A stretch of 24,000 nt of DNA from Phormidiaceae cyanobacterium CTOTU46633 (GCA_031969655.1 DALYJX010000004.1:48112-72111), one strand, 5' to 3'; shown: positions 15,770 to 24,000, counted from the first letter of the stretch. Notes: generated from the letters alone by a model not told the origin. Numbers and translations: made by a program.

Positions 15770-15816
15770 TCGACCACTAACATTCGTATAGTGGGAGTCT
15801 CCAGCAGTTATTTCTG

Positions 15817-16776
15817 ATGATTACGCTACTCGTTGGTAACGATACAGAAGCGATTGGGCGAGAACTTGTTGCGTTAAAGGCGCTTCCTCACCCGGTGTGG
15901 CGAGATTTCAACGTGCATCGATTTAGTGCCGAACAATTAAGTGCCGCCCTGTCTGCTGCTTTCTCGGTTCCCTTTGGAGAAGGGAGTAAACTGATTGTTG
16001 TGGAGAATTGCGATTTTAAGCAGTTTGGCGAAACGGGGTTAGAACTTCTTCAACCTTTATCTCAATTGCCTGCAACTACGCATTTGGTATTTATCGCGAC
16101 TTTTATCGATAAACGACTCAAAGTTGCCAAGTATCTGCTATCGTTGGGTAAGCTCAAAGAGTTTACCCTGATTCCACCTTGGCGTATTGATTTAATTGAG
16201 AGTGCGATCGCAACTACTGCTAAACAAATGCAGATCGATATTGCCCGCGATGCTGTCAGCTATCTAGCCGCAGCAATTGGCAATGACACTACCAGAATGG
16301 TAAAAGAACTAGAAAAGCTGGCTATTTTTGCACCAGGCTCGCGCATTACCAAAGCACAAGCAACTGCACTGGTATCAACAACGACAACCAGTAGTTTACA
16401 ACTCGCCCTTGCACTATTAAAAGGTCATGCTGCTGCCGTGATTCGGCTGGTAAACGAGTTGCTATCTCTGGCAGAATTTCCCCTCTGTATTGTTGCTACT
16501 CTGATCGCTCAATTCAAAACTTGGTTGTGGGCGAAAGCGGCACTGAAATCTAAGCGTTCTGATGCTGAGATTGCCACTTTATGCGGGTTGGGTAATCCCA
16601 AGCGCCTGTATTTTTTACGTCTTGAAGTGCAAGGGGTTTCTTTGAGGTACTTATCACAAGCACTTTCGATGCTGTTTGAATTGGAAGTCTTGCTCAAAAG
16701 TGGAGAAAAGTCTGATTTAATCGTGCCAGCATTGCTCAGAATTGTACGATTGAAACAACAAAAGAGCGATGAGTGA
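15817..16776 (+). CDS. holA: DNA polymerase III delta (HolA) clamp-loader subunit paralogue
   Basis: The motifs match my recollection of cyanobacterial HolA: FTLIPPW, IGNDTTRMVKELEKLAIF, SSLQLALALLKG, CIVATLIAQFKTWLW, GNPKRLYFLRLEV and LFELEVLLKSGE. Confidence 0.8.
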   Translation: MITLLVGNDTEAIGRELVALKALPHPVWRDFNVHRFSAEQLSAALSAAFSVPFGEGSKLIVVENCDFKQFGETGLELLQPLSQLPATTHLVFIATFIDKRLKVAKYLLSLGKLKEFTLIPPWRIDLIESAIATTAKQMQIDIARDAVSYLAAAIGNDTTRMVKELEKLAIFAPGSRITKAQATALVSTTTTSSLQLALALLKGHAAAVIRLVNELLSLAEFPLCIVATLIAQFKTWLWAKAALKSKRSDAEIATLCGLGNPKRLYFLRLEVQGVSLRYLSQALSMLFELEVLLKSGEKSDLIVPALLRIVRLKQQKSDE

Positions 16777-16814
16777 AGTTTGGGGAGTAGGAACGATTCT
16801 TGTCCTACTTCTCT

Positions 16815-17225
16815 TCAAGAAAGTTCTTCCTCCCAATCTTCAATTTGTAACCCATTTACTCTACTAAATTCGCCTGTATTATGCGTGACCAGTATTAGGT
16901 TATTCACAAGAGCAATTGCTGCAATCTGCAAATCATAAGGACCAATGGGAGTTCCCAATGCTGCCAATTCTGCCCTAATCCGCCCTGCGACTCTTGCTGC
17001 TCGTGCATCCAAAGGCAGAACAGTAAACCGACTGAAAAACCTTTCCAATATGGCTAAATTTTGTTCTGAATAAGCACTGCGATACGCTCCATAACAAAGC
17101 TCCATTTGAACAACCGTACAGACATAAATATTCTCTGGTTGTTGGGCAGCAAGTCGAGCAACTGCTGCCCGACTGCTATTGTTTATCAGTCGAATACAAA
17201 CATTAGTATCAAGCAGATAGGTCAA
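16815..17225 (-). CDS. vapC: PIN-domain toxin (VapC family)
   Basis: YLLDTNVCI (first acidic residue), VVQMELCYG, and THNTGEF near the C-terminus. Length is 136 aa. The TTG start overlaps the stop of the upstream antitoxin ORF. Confidence 0.8.
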   Translation of the reverse strand: MTYLLDTNVCIRLINNSSRAAVARLAAQQPENIYVCTVVQMELCYGAYRSAYSEQNLAILERFFSRFTVLPLDARAARVAGRIRAELAALGTPIGPYDLQIAAIALVNNLILVTHNTGEFSRVNGLQIEDWEEELS

Positions 17226-17476
17226 AATAGTGGCTCCCTTGTCTCGAACTCACCCTGTTCCGCCCGCTCTAATGGTTCTCCTACCCACCCTCCAATCACC
17301 TCTTCAAAAAAACCAGGAGGCCATCCCAATTCTTCTGGCGTTTTTGCGGGTAGAGGCGCTTCTAGCGGCTGAAAAATTACCATTACTTCTAAATCTTTCT
17401 CTGTAATCCCCACCGGGATTTCTAAATGTAAAATTCCATCGATTCCCACCCGATAGCGGAATTTAATACTTTGCAT
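17222..17476 (-). CDS. Putative antitoxin partner of VapC
   Basis: An 84-aa ORF directly upstream of vapC, overlapping it by 4 nt (start and stop within TTGA). It has an ATG start. The family was not recognised from sequence. Confidence 0.6.
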   Translation of the reverse strand: MQSIKFRYRVGIDGILHLEIPVGITEKDLEVMVIFQPLEAPLPAKTPEELGWPPGFFEEVIGGWVGEPLERAEQGEFETREPLF

Positions 17477-17662
17477 GACAATTTCCTCCTACTAATTTTT
17501 AGTATAAAAGCAACGACCCATTTTTTTCATCTCTTTCTCTAGCCATATTATTGAATTTGTGAAAGTACCTATTTCGCTATTATACCAACAATTTATTAAA
17601 ATTTTGTTTCTTTTTCACGGGCGATCGCCGCTCTTGCTCAGACCTACACCAATTCTGAGCTA

Positions 17663-18367
17663 ATGCACCTGCTAACGTTATCTGACCTCAAACCAACCCG
17701 AAGCAACGAACCAGTCCCTCTAGTTTCTGCCTGCATTCAAGAACGCCTGCAACTACTCGTTAAGCAAATGCGGATGGGATTGCCTGTAGAGCCAATTCTC
17801 AACAATTATCCCCAGTTTCAACAATGGGTTTGGCAGCTAAAAGAACTATCGCCCACTCTATTTATGCCGCGTAAAAAGTTATTGGTTGACATCCCGCTTA
17901 CTGCCAAACTTGAACTGAATATACCCACCCGCAAGAAGTCTTTCTCTACTCCCACTTTAAAGATCGTAGAAGTTCGCGCAAATGTCGGCATTGTAAGAGG
18001 AAAAGTCCGGCTATTTGAGTGGGCAATTCGACATCCGATACTCAGTTGGCAAGACCGAGTTAAGTTATGGGTGGCTGCCGAATATTTTAACCTACAGCCT
18101 GACGATCTGAAACTGATTGTTTTAGCACTGCACCCCAGCCAGAAAGCCCAAAAAGTCTCATTTAGCTGGGATAGCAAGCAGCACCAGCAAACCCGAAATT
18201 GGTTAATTGCCACAATTGCCCAACAAACAAATCAACCATTTCAGCCATCTATTGCTAGAAGCAAGACTGCTACAGCGACAGACAATTTGGCAGATCAACC
18301 AGATGATATAGAGCTAGCGAGATCTCTCGCAAAAACCATCGATGAAATCGATGAAGTGTCCCTATAA
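17663..18367 (+). CDS. Hypothetical protein
   Basis: A 234-aa ORF with an ATG start, divergent from the TA pair. No motifs were recognised with confidence. The C-terminus is acidic. Confidence 0.5.
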   Translation: MHLLTLSDLKPTRSNEPVPLVSACIQERLQLLVKQMRMGLPVEPILNNYPQFQQWVWQLKELSPTLFMPRKKLLVDIPLTAKLELNIPTRKKSFSTPTLKIVEVRANVGIVRGKVRLFEWAIRHPILSWQDRVKLWVAAEYFNLQPDDLKLIVLALHPSQKAQKVSFSWDSKQHQQTRNWLIATIAQQTNQPFQPSIARSKTATATDNLADQPDDIELARSLAKTIDEIDEVSL

Positions 18368-18683
18368 CCTTCAGAAAAAATTGATGTCTCTGTCTGTTGT
18401 ATTCTATATCGGCTGCCACCAGCCAGCCGATTCCAGTGCTTGGTCAAAAGCGGCACAACTATAAAAATTGAGACGCGGCAGCAACTCTAACAATCCAGCC
18501 TCTTCAAGCGCTTACTTGAAGATCGCATACCATTTAAAGATGCCTATGTCAACCGTATTATTCCCGATGCCATATAAAAGCTGTAAAAAAAGTCACTACT
18601 TATTCTTCCCATCGGCTGATGCCACTCCTAATCTGCGCCGGAAAAGATAGTTGAAGAAACAAGAGTCTGGAGAAGAGGTAAAA

Positions 18684-19346
18684 ATGACTACCAGAGCTGA
18701 GACAAAACCAAAAACTGTTCTGATTGTGGAAGACAATCCCATGTTGCAGGTGGGACTGCGGCACGCGCTCTCTACGCAACCTGCACTGAAAGCGATCGCC
18801 CAGGTCGAGGATGGTTTATCTGCGGTGAGTACAGCGCTCGAACTGGAGCCAGACATTGCCTTGATAGACATCGATCTGCCTGGAATAGATGGTATTACGG
18901 TCACGCAGCGAATCAAAGAGGTACTGCCCGATACGCGCGTCATTATTTTTACTCACTACACCAACCCAACACGGGTAATGGCAGCTTTATCGAGTGGGGC
19001 TAATGGCTATTGCATCAAAGGCACAGATATCCCTCAACTCTTAGCAGCAATTACCGCTGTGGGTGAAGGCAACTGCTACTTGGATGCTAAGATTGCCAAC
19101 TGCGTCTTGCAAAACTTGAGACAACCCCTGCCTGATGGCGAGGAACTAAAAGAAGTGAAGTTGACTGAGCGAGAAATGCAAGTGTTGCAACAACTTGTTG
19201 AGGGCAAAAGCAATACAGAAATTGGCATCATTCTGGGAGTGAGTGCAAACACGATTAAAGGTCACGTACAGCAGATTATCCATAAGCTTAAAGCGAGCGA
19301 TCGCACTCAGGCAGCAGTTAAAGCACTGCGCTTGGGGTTAGTGTGA
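18684..19346 (+). CDS. NarL/FixJ-type response regulator (REC plus LuxR-type HTH)
   Basis: REC motifs: LIVEDNPM, the phospho-acceptor context ALIDIDLPGIDG, IIFTHY and YCIKG. HTH: LTEREMQVLQQLVEGKSNTEIGIILGVSANTIKGHVQQIIHKL. The track ORF starts at a TTG at 18651. The ATG at 18684 is preceded by GGAGAAGAGG and is more likely the real start. Confidence 0.88.
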   Translation: MTTRAETKPKTVLIVEDNPMLQVGLRHALSTQPALKAIAQVEDGLSAVSTALELEPDIALIDIDLPGIDGITVTQRIKEVLPDTRVIIFTHYTNPTRVMAALSSGANGYCIKGTDIPQLLAAITAVGEGNCYLDAKIANCVLQNLRQPLPDGEELKEVKLTEREMQVLQQLVEGKSNTEIGIILGVSANTIKGHVQQIIHKLKASDRTQAAVKALRLGLV

Positions 19347-19458
19347 AGGCGAAAGGGGAGGTGAAGGGGAAGGAATTGATTTCATCGACATAATCAGGTA
19401 TTCTATATGCCGAGAATAGTACATTTTGAAACGGACTTCTCAATTTACCGCTATCGCG

Positions 19459-19578
19459 GAGTTATGAGTTATGAGTGCTGAGTTGTAAGAGAGTTCTGAG
19501 TTCTCAGTTTTGAGTTCTGAGTTAGAAGAAAATTCAACTCAAAACTCAAAACTCAAAACTCAAAACTCAAAACTTTGA
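19459..19578. repeat. Heptamer tandem arrays in palindromic arrangement (a degenerate GAGTTNT array facing 5 perfect ACTCAAA units)
   Basis: 19459-19525 is a period-7 array, gagttat gagttat gagtgct gagttgt ... ttttgag ttctgag. 19537-19571 is 5 x actcaaa followed by actttga. The two arrays are roughly reverse-complementary around position 19530. Confidence 0.8.
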
Positions 19579-19652
19579 ATGTTGGAGAGCGCTGTCTAGG
19601 CGTCGAACAATTAGGCGTCCTTATTTCAATCCTCGCATGGACGGCAGGGGTA

Positions 19653-19687
19653 ACTCAAAACTCAAAACTCAAAACTCAAAACTTTGA
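19653..19687. repeat. Second ACTCAAA heptamer array (4 copies plus the same actttga terminus)
   Basis: 4 x actcaaa at 19653-19680, then actttga. It ends 13 nt from the stop codon of the kinase gene. Confidence 0.8.
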
Positions 19688-19699
19688 ACTTCCCCTTCT

Positions 19700-20866
19700 T
19701 CAAGACAGCGGCAAAGTAAACCAGAACCGCACGCCTTTACCCAACTCGCTCTCAACCCCAATTTGTCCGCCATGAGCTTCCACAATTTGCCGACAAATAT
19801 AAAGCCCTAAACCCGCTCCAGCACGACGAAGAGCGCTAGTTCCCCGCACGTACAAATCAAACAAGGAAGCACATTCAGTCTCAGGAATACCCACTCCATT
19901 ATCTGCAACAATAACTCGCAACATTGAAGAAGTTGCATCTACCTTGGCATCCAATGTCAGCACAAAACCTGGTGGGTTGTATTTGAGTGCGTTCCCAATC
20001 AAATTTTCAAACACTCGCCACAACTGATCCACATCGGCACTGATATCAGGTAAGTTAGGAGCAATGAGGTAATTGAGGACAACCTGATATTTGGCGAACA
20101 TCGGTTCCCACGCTTTGATAATACGGCTTGTTAAAGCATGGATTGAAGTGGATTGCAAGTTTAACGGGTATCCCGAAACTTCTAATTGTTGCATTTCCAC
20201 TAAAGAATCAATCAGATGGATCTGACGTTTGCAGCTATCGAGCATAACTTCTACAATCTGCCTATTGATGACAACATTTTCTCGAGTTTTATCCAGATAA
20301 CTTTGCAACAACAACGAGGTTCCCGTAACTGGGTTTCGCAAGTCGTGGGAAACCGCGTGAACGAACACTTTCAAACGTGCTTCTGCCTGCTTTCGCTCTT
20401 TGATCTCCTGAGAAAGTTGGACATTTTGTGCCGCCAGTTGCGCGTTAGTAGCCCGAAGTTGCATTTGGCAGCGACACAGTGCTAATTGCTGCTTGACTCG
20501 CGCTAACACTTCAATCGGCTCAAATGGTTTAGTAATGTAGTCCGCACCCCCAACTTCAAACGCTTTTACTTTGTCAAAAACATCATCCACAGCACTAACA
20601 AAAATGACAGGAATCTCCTTCGTGATATCCGATGCTTTGAGCCGTCGGCACACTTCATAACCGTCCATATGTGGCATCCTGATATCTAATAAAATCAGGT
20701 CAGGTACTTGCAGATCGACGGCTTTTAACGCCTCTTCGCCACCGATCGCTTCTCGGACTCGATAGCCCCTTCCAACAAACATTGACGATAGCAGGTAAAT
20801 GTTATCAGGAAAGTCGTCAACTATCAGAATGTCAGGTGGAACTAAGTTTTCACTCACGGCGAACAC
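19700..20866 (-). CDS. Hybrid sensor histidine kinase (N-terminal REC, coiled-coil linker, HisKA, HATPase_c) with no transmembrane or sensor domain
   Basis: REC: [23 protein letters not shown] and ADYITKPF. H-box [14 protein letters not shown]-box IGNALKYN, G1 DNGVGIP, G2 [16 protein letters not shown] start at 20866 (alternative GTG at 20857). Confidence 0.88.
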   Translation of the reverse strand: MFAVSENLVPPDILIVDDFPDNIYLLSSMFVGRGYRVREAIGGEEALKAVDLQVPDLILLDIRMPHMDGYEVCRRLKASDITKEIPVIFVSAVDDVFDKVKAFEVGGADYITKPFEPIEVLARVKQQLALCRCQMQLRATNAQLAAQNVQLSQEIKERKQAEARLKVFVHAVSHDLRNPVTGTSLLLQSYLDKTRENVVINRQIVEVMLDSCKRQIHLIDSLVEMQQLEVSGYPLNLQSTSIHALTSRIIKAWEPMFAKYQVVLNYLIAPNLPDISADVDQLWRVFENLIGNALKYNPPGFVLTLDAKVDATSSMLRVIVADNGVGIPETECASLFDLYVRGTSALRRAGAGLGLYICRQIVEAHGGQIGVESELGKGVRFWFTLPLS

Positions 20867-22775
20867 CCCTAATTGCTGTACATTTAAGTTGTTCCCGAAT
20901 TTTGCTTAAAAATATCTCTCCAGCAGCTTTTTGGCTTGATTGCACATCAGCGGTTGTTACTGGGTCGGTAGGGTCGTTGGGATGCGGTAACAATTCATAA
21001 GCAGCGCGAATGCGATTGTCCAGTTCTTCGTCGATGTTGATTGACCGCCCAGTTTGGCGGTCAATTGACTGCTGAATGGCTCGTTTTTCCAGTTGCGGTC
21101 GGATGTGAGTGTCCCACAATGCTTCCGATTCTTTGGCGCGTTTGATGTCGCTAGGTTTTACAGGAATTTTCAAGGGATAGGGAAACAATGCTTCCGTCTC
21201 CGAACCGTAAGCAGGAGAAGTAATGACGCACTTACCTTGGGGAAACCTTAAAATCTCGTCAGCACTAATGAGCGGTTTCTTTTGCAATTGTTCGCTCCAG
21301 TTGACAGAACGACTGGTTTGTTGACCCATTGAGCTACCCGTAGAGCGATTTTTCACCAGTACTTCCACTTCCCCGTAGCGTTTGGAATATTTCTCTGCTG
21401 TGTCAAAATCGCCGGGATTAAACAGCACGTGCGTTGAGAGGGCGCTGGCGATCGCAGCACCCTTTTTATCACCATAAAGGTTGTCTAGTTGGTTCAAACT
21501 TTGAATCCCAACAATCGGTACGCCACCTGCACTGCGATATTCATTTGCCCATTGATCCATTCGGTCAAATTTAAGCGAAGGAAATTCATCGAGGCAATAT
21601 ACGAATGGCTCAGTACGCACCCTGGATAGATTGCTGACAACGCACAAGTGAATCGCCGCTGCTAAAAGAGGCCCGACAACGGCTCGCCTTTGGTCGTCTA
21701 ATTTAAAAATAATGCACTTTTTTCCTTCTAGTACAATCGGAATTGTGCTGCAACCAATAAATGCCCGCAGCAAGTCTTTTTGAATAAAAGCCGAATAGGT
21801 TGCTTCTGCCGTTGCTTTGATACCTGCCACTGTTTTTTCGGCATCTTTTGAACTTAAAAGTTGGGAAAAACTAGAAGCAATCCACCTATCCATTTTTAAG
21901 GGATGACCGTCAGGACGACGAACGGCATGGTCGATACGTTTGACTAAATCTGGCAATTGAATAATTGCATAAATCATTGCTAAATCTGGATAAGGACTGC
22001 TCTTAGCTAGCTGGACTAAACCTTTAGCCATCAACTCCCCAGCTTTCTCAAAAAACTCGTTTCCTTTGCTGTCTCCTAAACTGGCATTACGAGCAATAAC
22101 CGAGCCAATTTCTGCCGCCATCACCGCATCTTGAGCATCTCTCATAAAATCGAGCGGATTAATAACACCCGAATAAGCTTCACCAGGGGCAAATACTTGC
22201 ACATCGTAGCCGTAGCGGACGGCTAAGGGTGCGTGCAGTTTCATTTGGTCGCCTTTTTTGTCATAAATAATGACAGGAAATCCTTGCTGAAATGCACTTT
22301 CTACCAGGCGGTCAATGACGCTAAAAGTTTTACCGCTCCCCGGCGCACCAATTACTAAAATACCGCGTTCTGAGTGGGGAAACCAAACGGTAGGAGACGC
22401 GCCCAGCATCGTTTGCAACTGAGCTATTAAACCCTTCCACTTGCCAGCTAACCAATAAGTTGGCGTACCGCTCCACAACGTCACAGGTTGCCGCTTTTTT
22501 TCTTTCATTTGATTTAAAGCTAGACCCGTCGCTGTCATCTTTTCAGCCGTCCCGCACAAGCGTCCTGAAGTTACTTTACCCTTGCTTGTTCCAACTATTT
22601 TGGAAAAGATGACTAACCCCAGCAATAGCCCTAACATTGCCAGTCCTTCTGGGTTCATAAACTGACCGAATAAGCCCCTAAAATCAACGCCAAATAGTGG
22701 ACGTTTCGGCGGTTGGCTAGCTGTTTGAAGCAAAACAGCTTGAGATTTTTGAGGTAAAAATTGAGATGATTTCAT
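20850..22775 (-). CDS. Type IV secretion / conjugative coupling protein (VirD4/TraG/TraD family)
   Basis: A 641-aa ORF with an N-terminal hydrophobic segment [13 protein letters not shown], Walker [12 protein letters not shown] and a Walker B-like [10 protein letters not shown]. The size and overall layout fit a T4CP. Confidence 0.8.
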   Translation of the reverse strand: MKSSQFLPQKSQAVLLQTASQPPKRPLFGVDFRGLFGQFMNPEGLAMLGLLLGLVIFSKIVGTSKGKVTSGRLCGTAEKMTATGLALNQMKEKKRQPVTLWSGTPTYWLAGKWKGLIAQLQTMLGASPTVWFPHSERGILVIGAPGSGKTFSVIDRLVESAFQQGFPVIIYDKKGDQMKLHAPLAVRYGYDVQVFAPGEAYSGVINPLDFMRDAQDAVMAAEIGSVIARNASLGDSKGNEFFEKAGELMAKGLVQLAKSSPYPDLAMIYAIIQLPDLVKRIDHAVRRPDGHPLKMDRWIASSFSQLLSSKDAEKTVAGIKATAEATYSAFIQKDLLRAFIGCSTIPIVLEGKKCIIFKLDDQRRAVVGPLLAAAIHLCVVSNLSRVRTEPFVYCLDEFPSLKFDRMDQWANEYRSAGGVPIVGIQSLNQLDNLYGDKKGAAIASALSTHVLFNPGDFDTAEKYSKRYGEVEVLVKNRSTGSSMGQQTSRSVNWSEQLQKKPLISADEILRFPQGKCVITSPAYGSETEALFPYPLKIPVKPSDIKRAKESEALWDTHIRPQLEKRAIQQSIDRQTGRSINIDEELDNRIRAAYELLPHPNDPTDPVTTADVQSSQKAAGEIFLSKIREQLKCTAIRGVRRE

Positions 22776-22944
22776 AGTTTCTTGTTAATTATGTTCAGCC
22801 ATCGTTAGTGTTTGAGAGTGAATGCTTAATCCATTGACAGCATAAATTCATTGATTTTTACGGTTGCAACCAACCTAAATCGCTAATAACTTATCAACGG
22901 CTATCGCCTCTTTAGGAAACAACAGCTAATGGGATTTAAAGATA

Positions 22945-23940
22945 ATGGTTAAAACCAATCCTACCCGCTCTAAAACTCAAGATTCACCAGAAGAAAAACA
23001 AACAAATCAGTTTGAAGTAGACCCCGAATTGCTCAGCCCTGAATACAATCAAACCCGGCGACCTTCCTTGCCTTATGGCATCATCATCAATGACAACCCG
23101 GCTGGTATTTTAATCCCCAATGACCAACTCGTGAAAGCGGAATGGAAACCCATGCCTGCTGAAGAAGAGTTGACCACAGTCGAGCTAACTGAACCTGTCA
23201 GTGGACTATTTCTCGCTAATGTTCGCATCTTAGTGTTAGCCTTTGTGCCTGAGTACATTCGCTACAAAGATATAGAGGAAAATGACGAACTTGCTGGAAC
23301 ATTTGTTGGGTTATATGACGAGTATCGTCAGGTTCTAGATAAGAAAACGCAGGAAGTTTGTTCGGAACACGCGCTGATTTTCCTCAATCCCAAGAACCAA
23401 CCTTTGCATAAAGTCCCCATTGTCGTCCGTTTTAAGAATGTAGCACTCTGGAGTTTCAAGAGTGCGAGAGAAGATTTTTACCGCAACTTGGAAAGGGTAT
23501 TCGCTGATTACTTTGAAGTAGACTACAGCGGCAAGAATGACAAATGGCGCTCCTTGGGTGTTCTCAATATTAAATTCCAAGCTCTCAAAGAAGGAGAAGG
23601 GAAAAATAAGTCCTTTTGCTGCAAAACCTCTAGCATCACTAAGCCAACTTTGGCGAACTTACCTAAACTGTATTTAGGAAATCTTCAACAGAAGAAGATG
23701 GTTTGGGGTCTGCATAACAACATCGCTGGATTTATTGAAGCTGGAGAAGCACAATTGCCAGCTTTGGCTAAGAGTGCAGAACCAGAAGTTCAGGTATTAC
23801 CTCCTGAGAATAGCCATCGGGGTAAAAATAAATCCAAACCTCCGCGCAAAATTCAACAAATTGAGGAAGAAGATGCAGAACTAGAAGAATTAGACAACTT
23901 TGATTCAGCAGAGGTTGAAGTAGAGGCCGAAACTGACTAA
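22945..23940 (+). CDS. Hypothetical protein with a strongly acidic C-terminal tail
   Basis: A 331-aa ORF with an ATG start, divergent from the T4CP gene. A basic patch (HRGKNKSKPPRK) is followed by EEEDAELEELDNFDSAEVEVEAETD. No catalytic motifs were recognised. Confidence 0.55.
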   Translation: MVKTNPTRSKTQDSPEEKQTNQFEVDPELLSPEYNQTRRPSLPYGIIINDNPAGILIPNDQLVKAEWKPMPAEEELTTVELTEPVSGLFLANVRILVLAFVPEYIRYKDIEENDELAGTFVGLYDEYRQVLDKKTQEVCSEHALIFLNPKNQPLHKVPIVVRFKNVALWSFKSAREDFYRNLERVFADYFEVDYSGKNDKWRSLGVLNIKFQALKEGEGKNKSFCCKTSSITKPTLANLPKLYLGNLQQKKMVWGLHNNIAGFIEAGEAQLPALAKSAEPEVQVLPPENSHRGKNKSKPPRKIQQIEEEDAELEELDNFDSAEVEVEAETD

Positions 23941-24000
23941 AATTTTTACTTTACTTCAATCCTCGTCTGAACGTTCCGTGTCCCCCCGTCCCCGCGTCCT

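Noticed and set aside
19625-19635. 11-mer ttcaatcctcg shared with 23955-23965
   Set aside because: Dozens of exact 11-mer coincidences are expected by chance within 24 kb, and there is no extended similarity around the match.
19459-19687. Possible CRISPR array
   Set aside because: The repeat period is 7 nt with no spacers, and the arrays are tandem micro-repeats. No cas genes are present apart from the unrelated iscB.
19575-19775. 66-aa plus-strand ORF spanning the heptamer array
   Set aside because: The translation is driven by the repeats, and it overlaps the 3' end of the kinase gene on the opposite strand.
23941-24000. GTCCCC-rich short repeats (gtgtcccc ccgtcccc gcgtcct) at the window edge
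   Set aside because: The window end truncates them, so there is too little sequence to define a repeat family or function.

Overview
This window looks like a plasmid or conjugative-element segment from a filamentous (Nostocales-like) cyanobacterium. The HIP1 octamer GCGATCGC occurs at least 16 times by my reading, against about 0.4 expected by chance. Heptamer tandem arrays, xisH/xisI and group II introns point the same way.

Left to right:
- 276-3205: a full-length group II intron (333-2759, minus strand) with an RT/maturase/HNH ORF. It sits inside domain V of an older, 5'-truncated group II intron.
- 3911-6354: a parA-parB partition operon (minus strand) with two separate sets of direct repeats.
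- 6927-8174: a 415-aa unknown protein with an internal domain duplication.
- 8425-16776: a same-strand cluster of replication-type genes: a Dda/RecD-like SF1B helicase, a beta sliding-clamp paralogue, a DnaX (gamma/tau) paralogue and a HolA (delta) paralogue. Two insertions interrupt it. One is a decayed island with an xisH fragment, xisI, a relic of the dnaN 3' end and a truncated Rpn/DUF4351 gene. The other is an IscB (OMEGA, Cas9-ancestor) RNA-guided nuclease gene with a 221-nt upstream region that fits an omega RNA.
- 16815-17476: a VapBC toxin-antitoxin pair.
- 17663-18367: an unknown ORF.
- 18684-20866: a NarL-type response regulator convergent with a REC-HisKA-HATPase hybrid kinase.
- 20850-22775: a VirD4/TraG-type coupling protein whose 3' end overlaps the kinase start.
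- 22945-23940: an unknown protein with an acidic tail.

The most interesting signals are the mobile-element-borne clamp/clamp-loader/helicase module, the IscB element that splits it, and the intron-in-intron insertion that can be reconstructed to the nucleotide. All protein family calls rest on motif recognition by eye. No database search was run.
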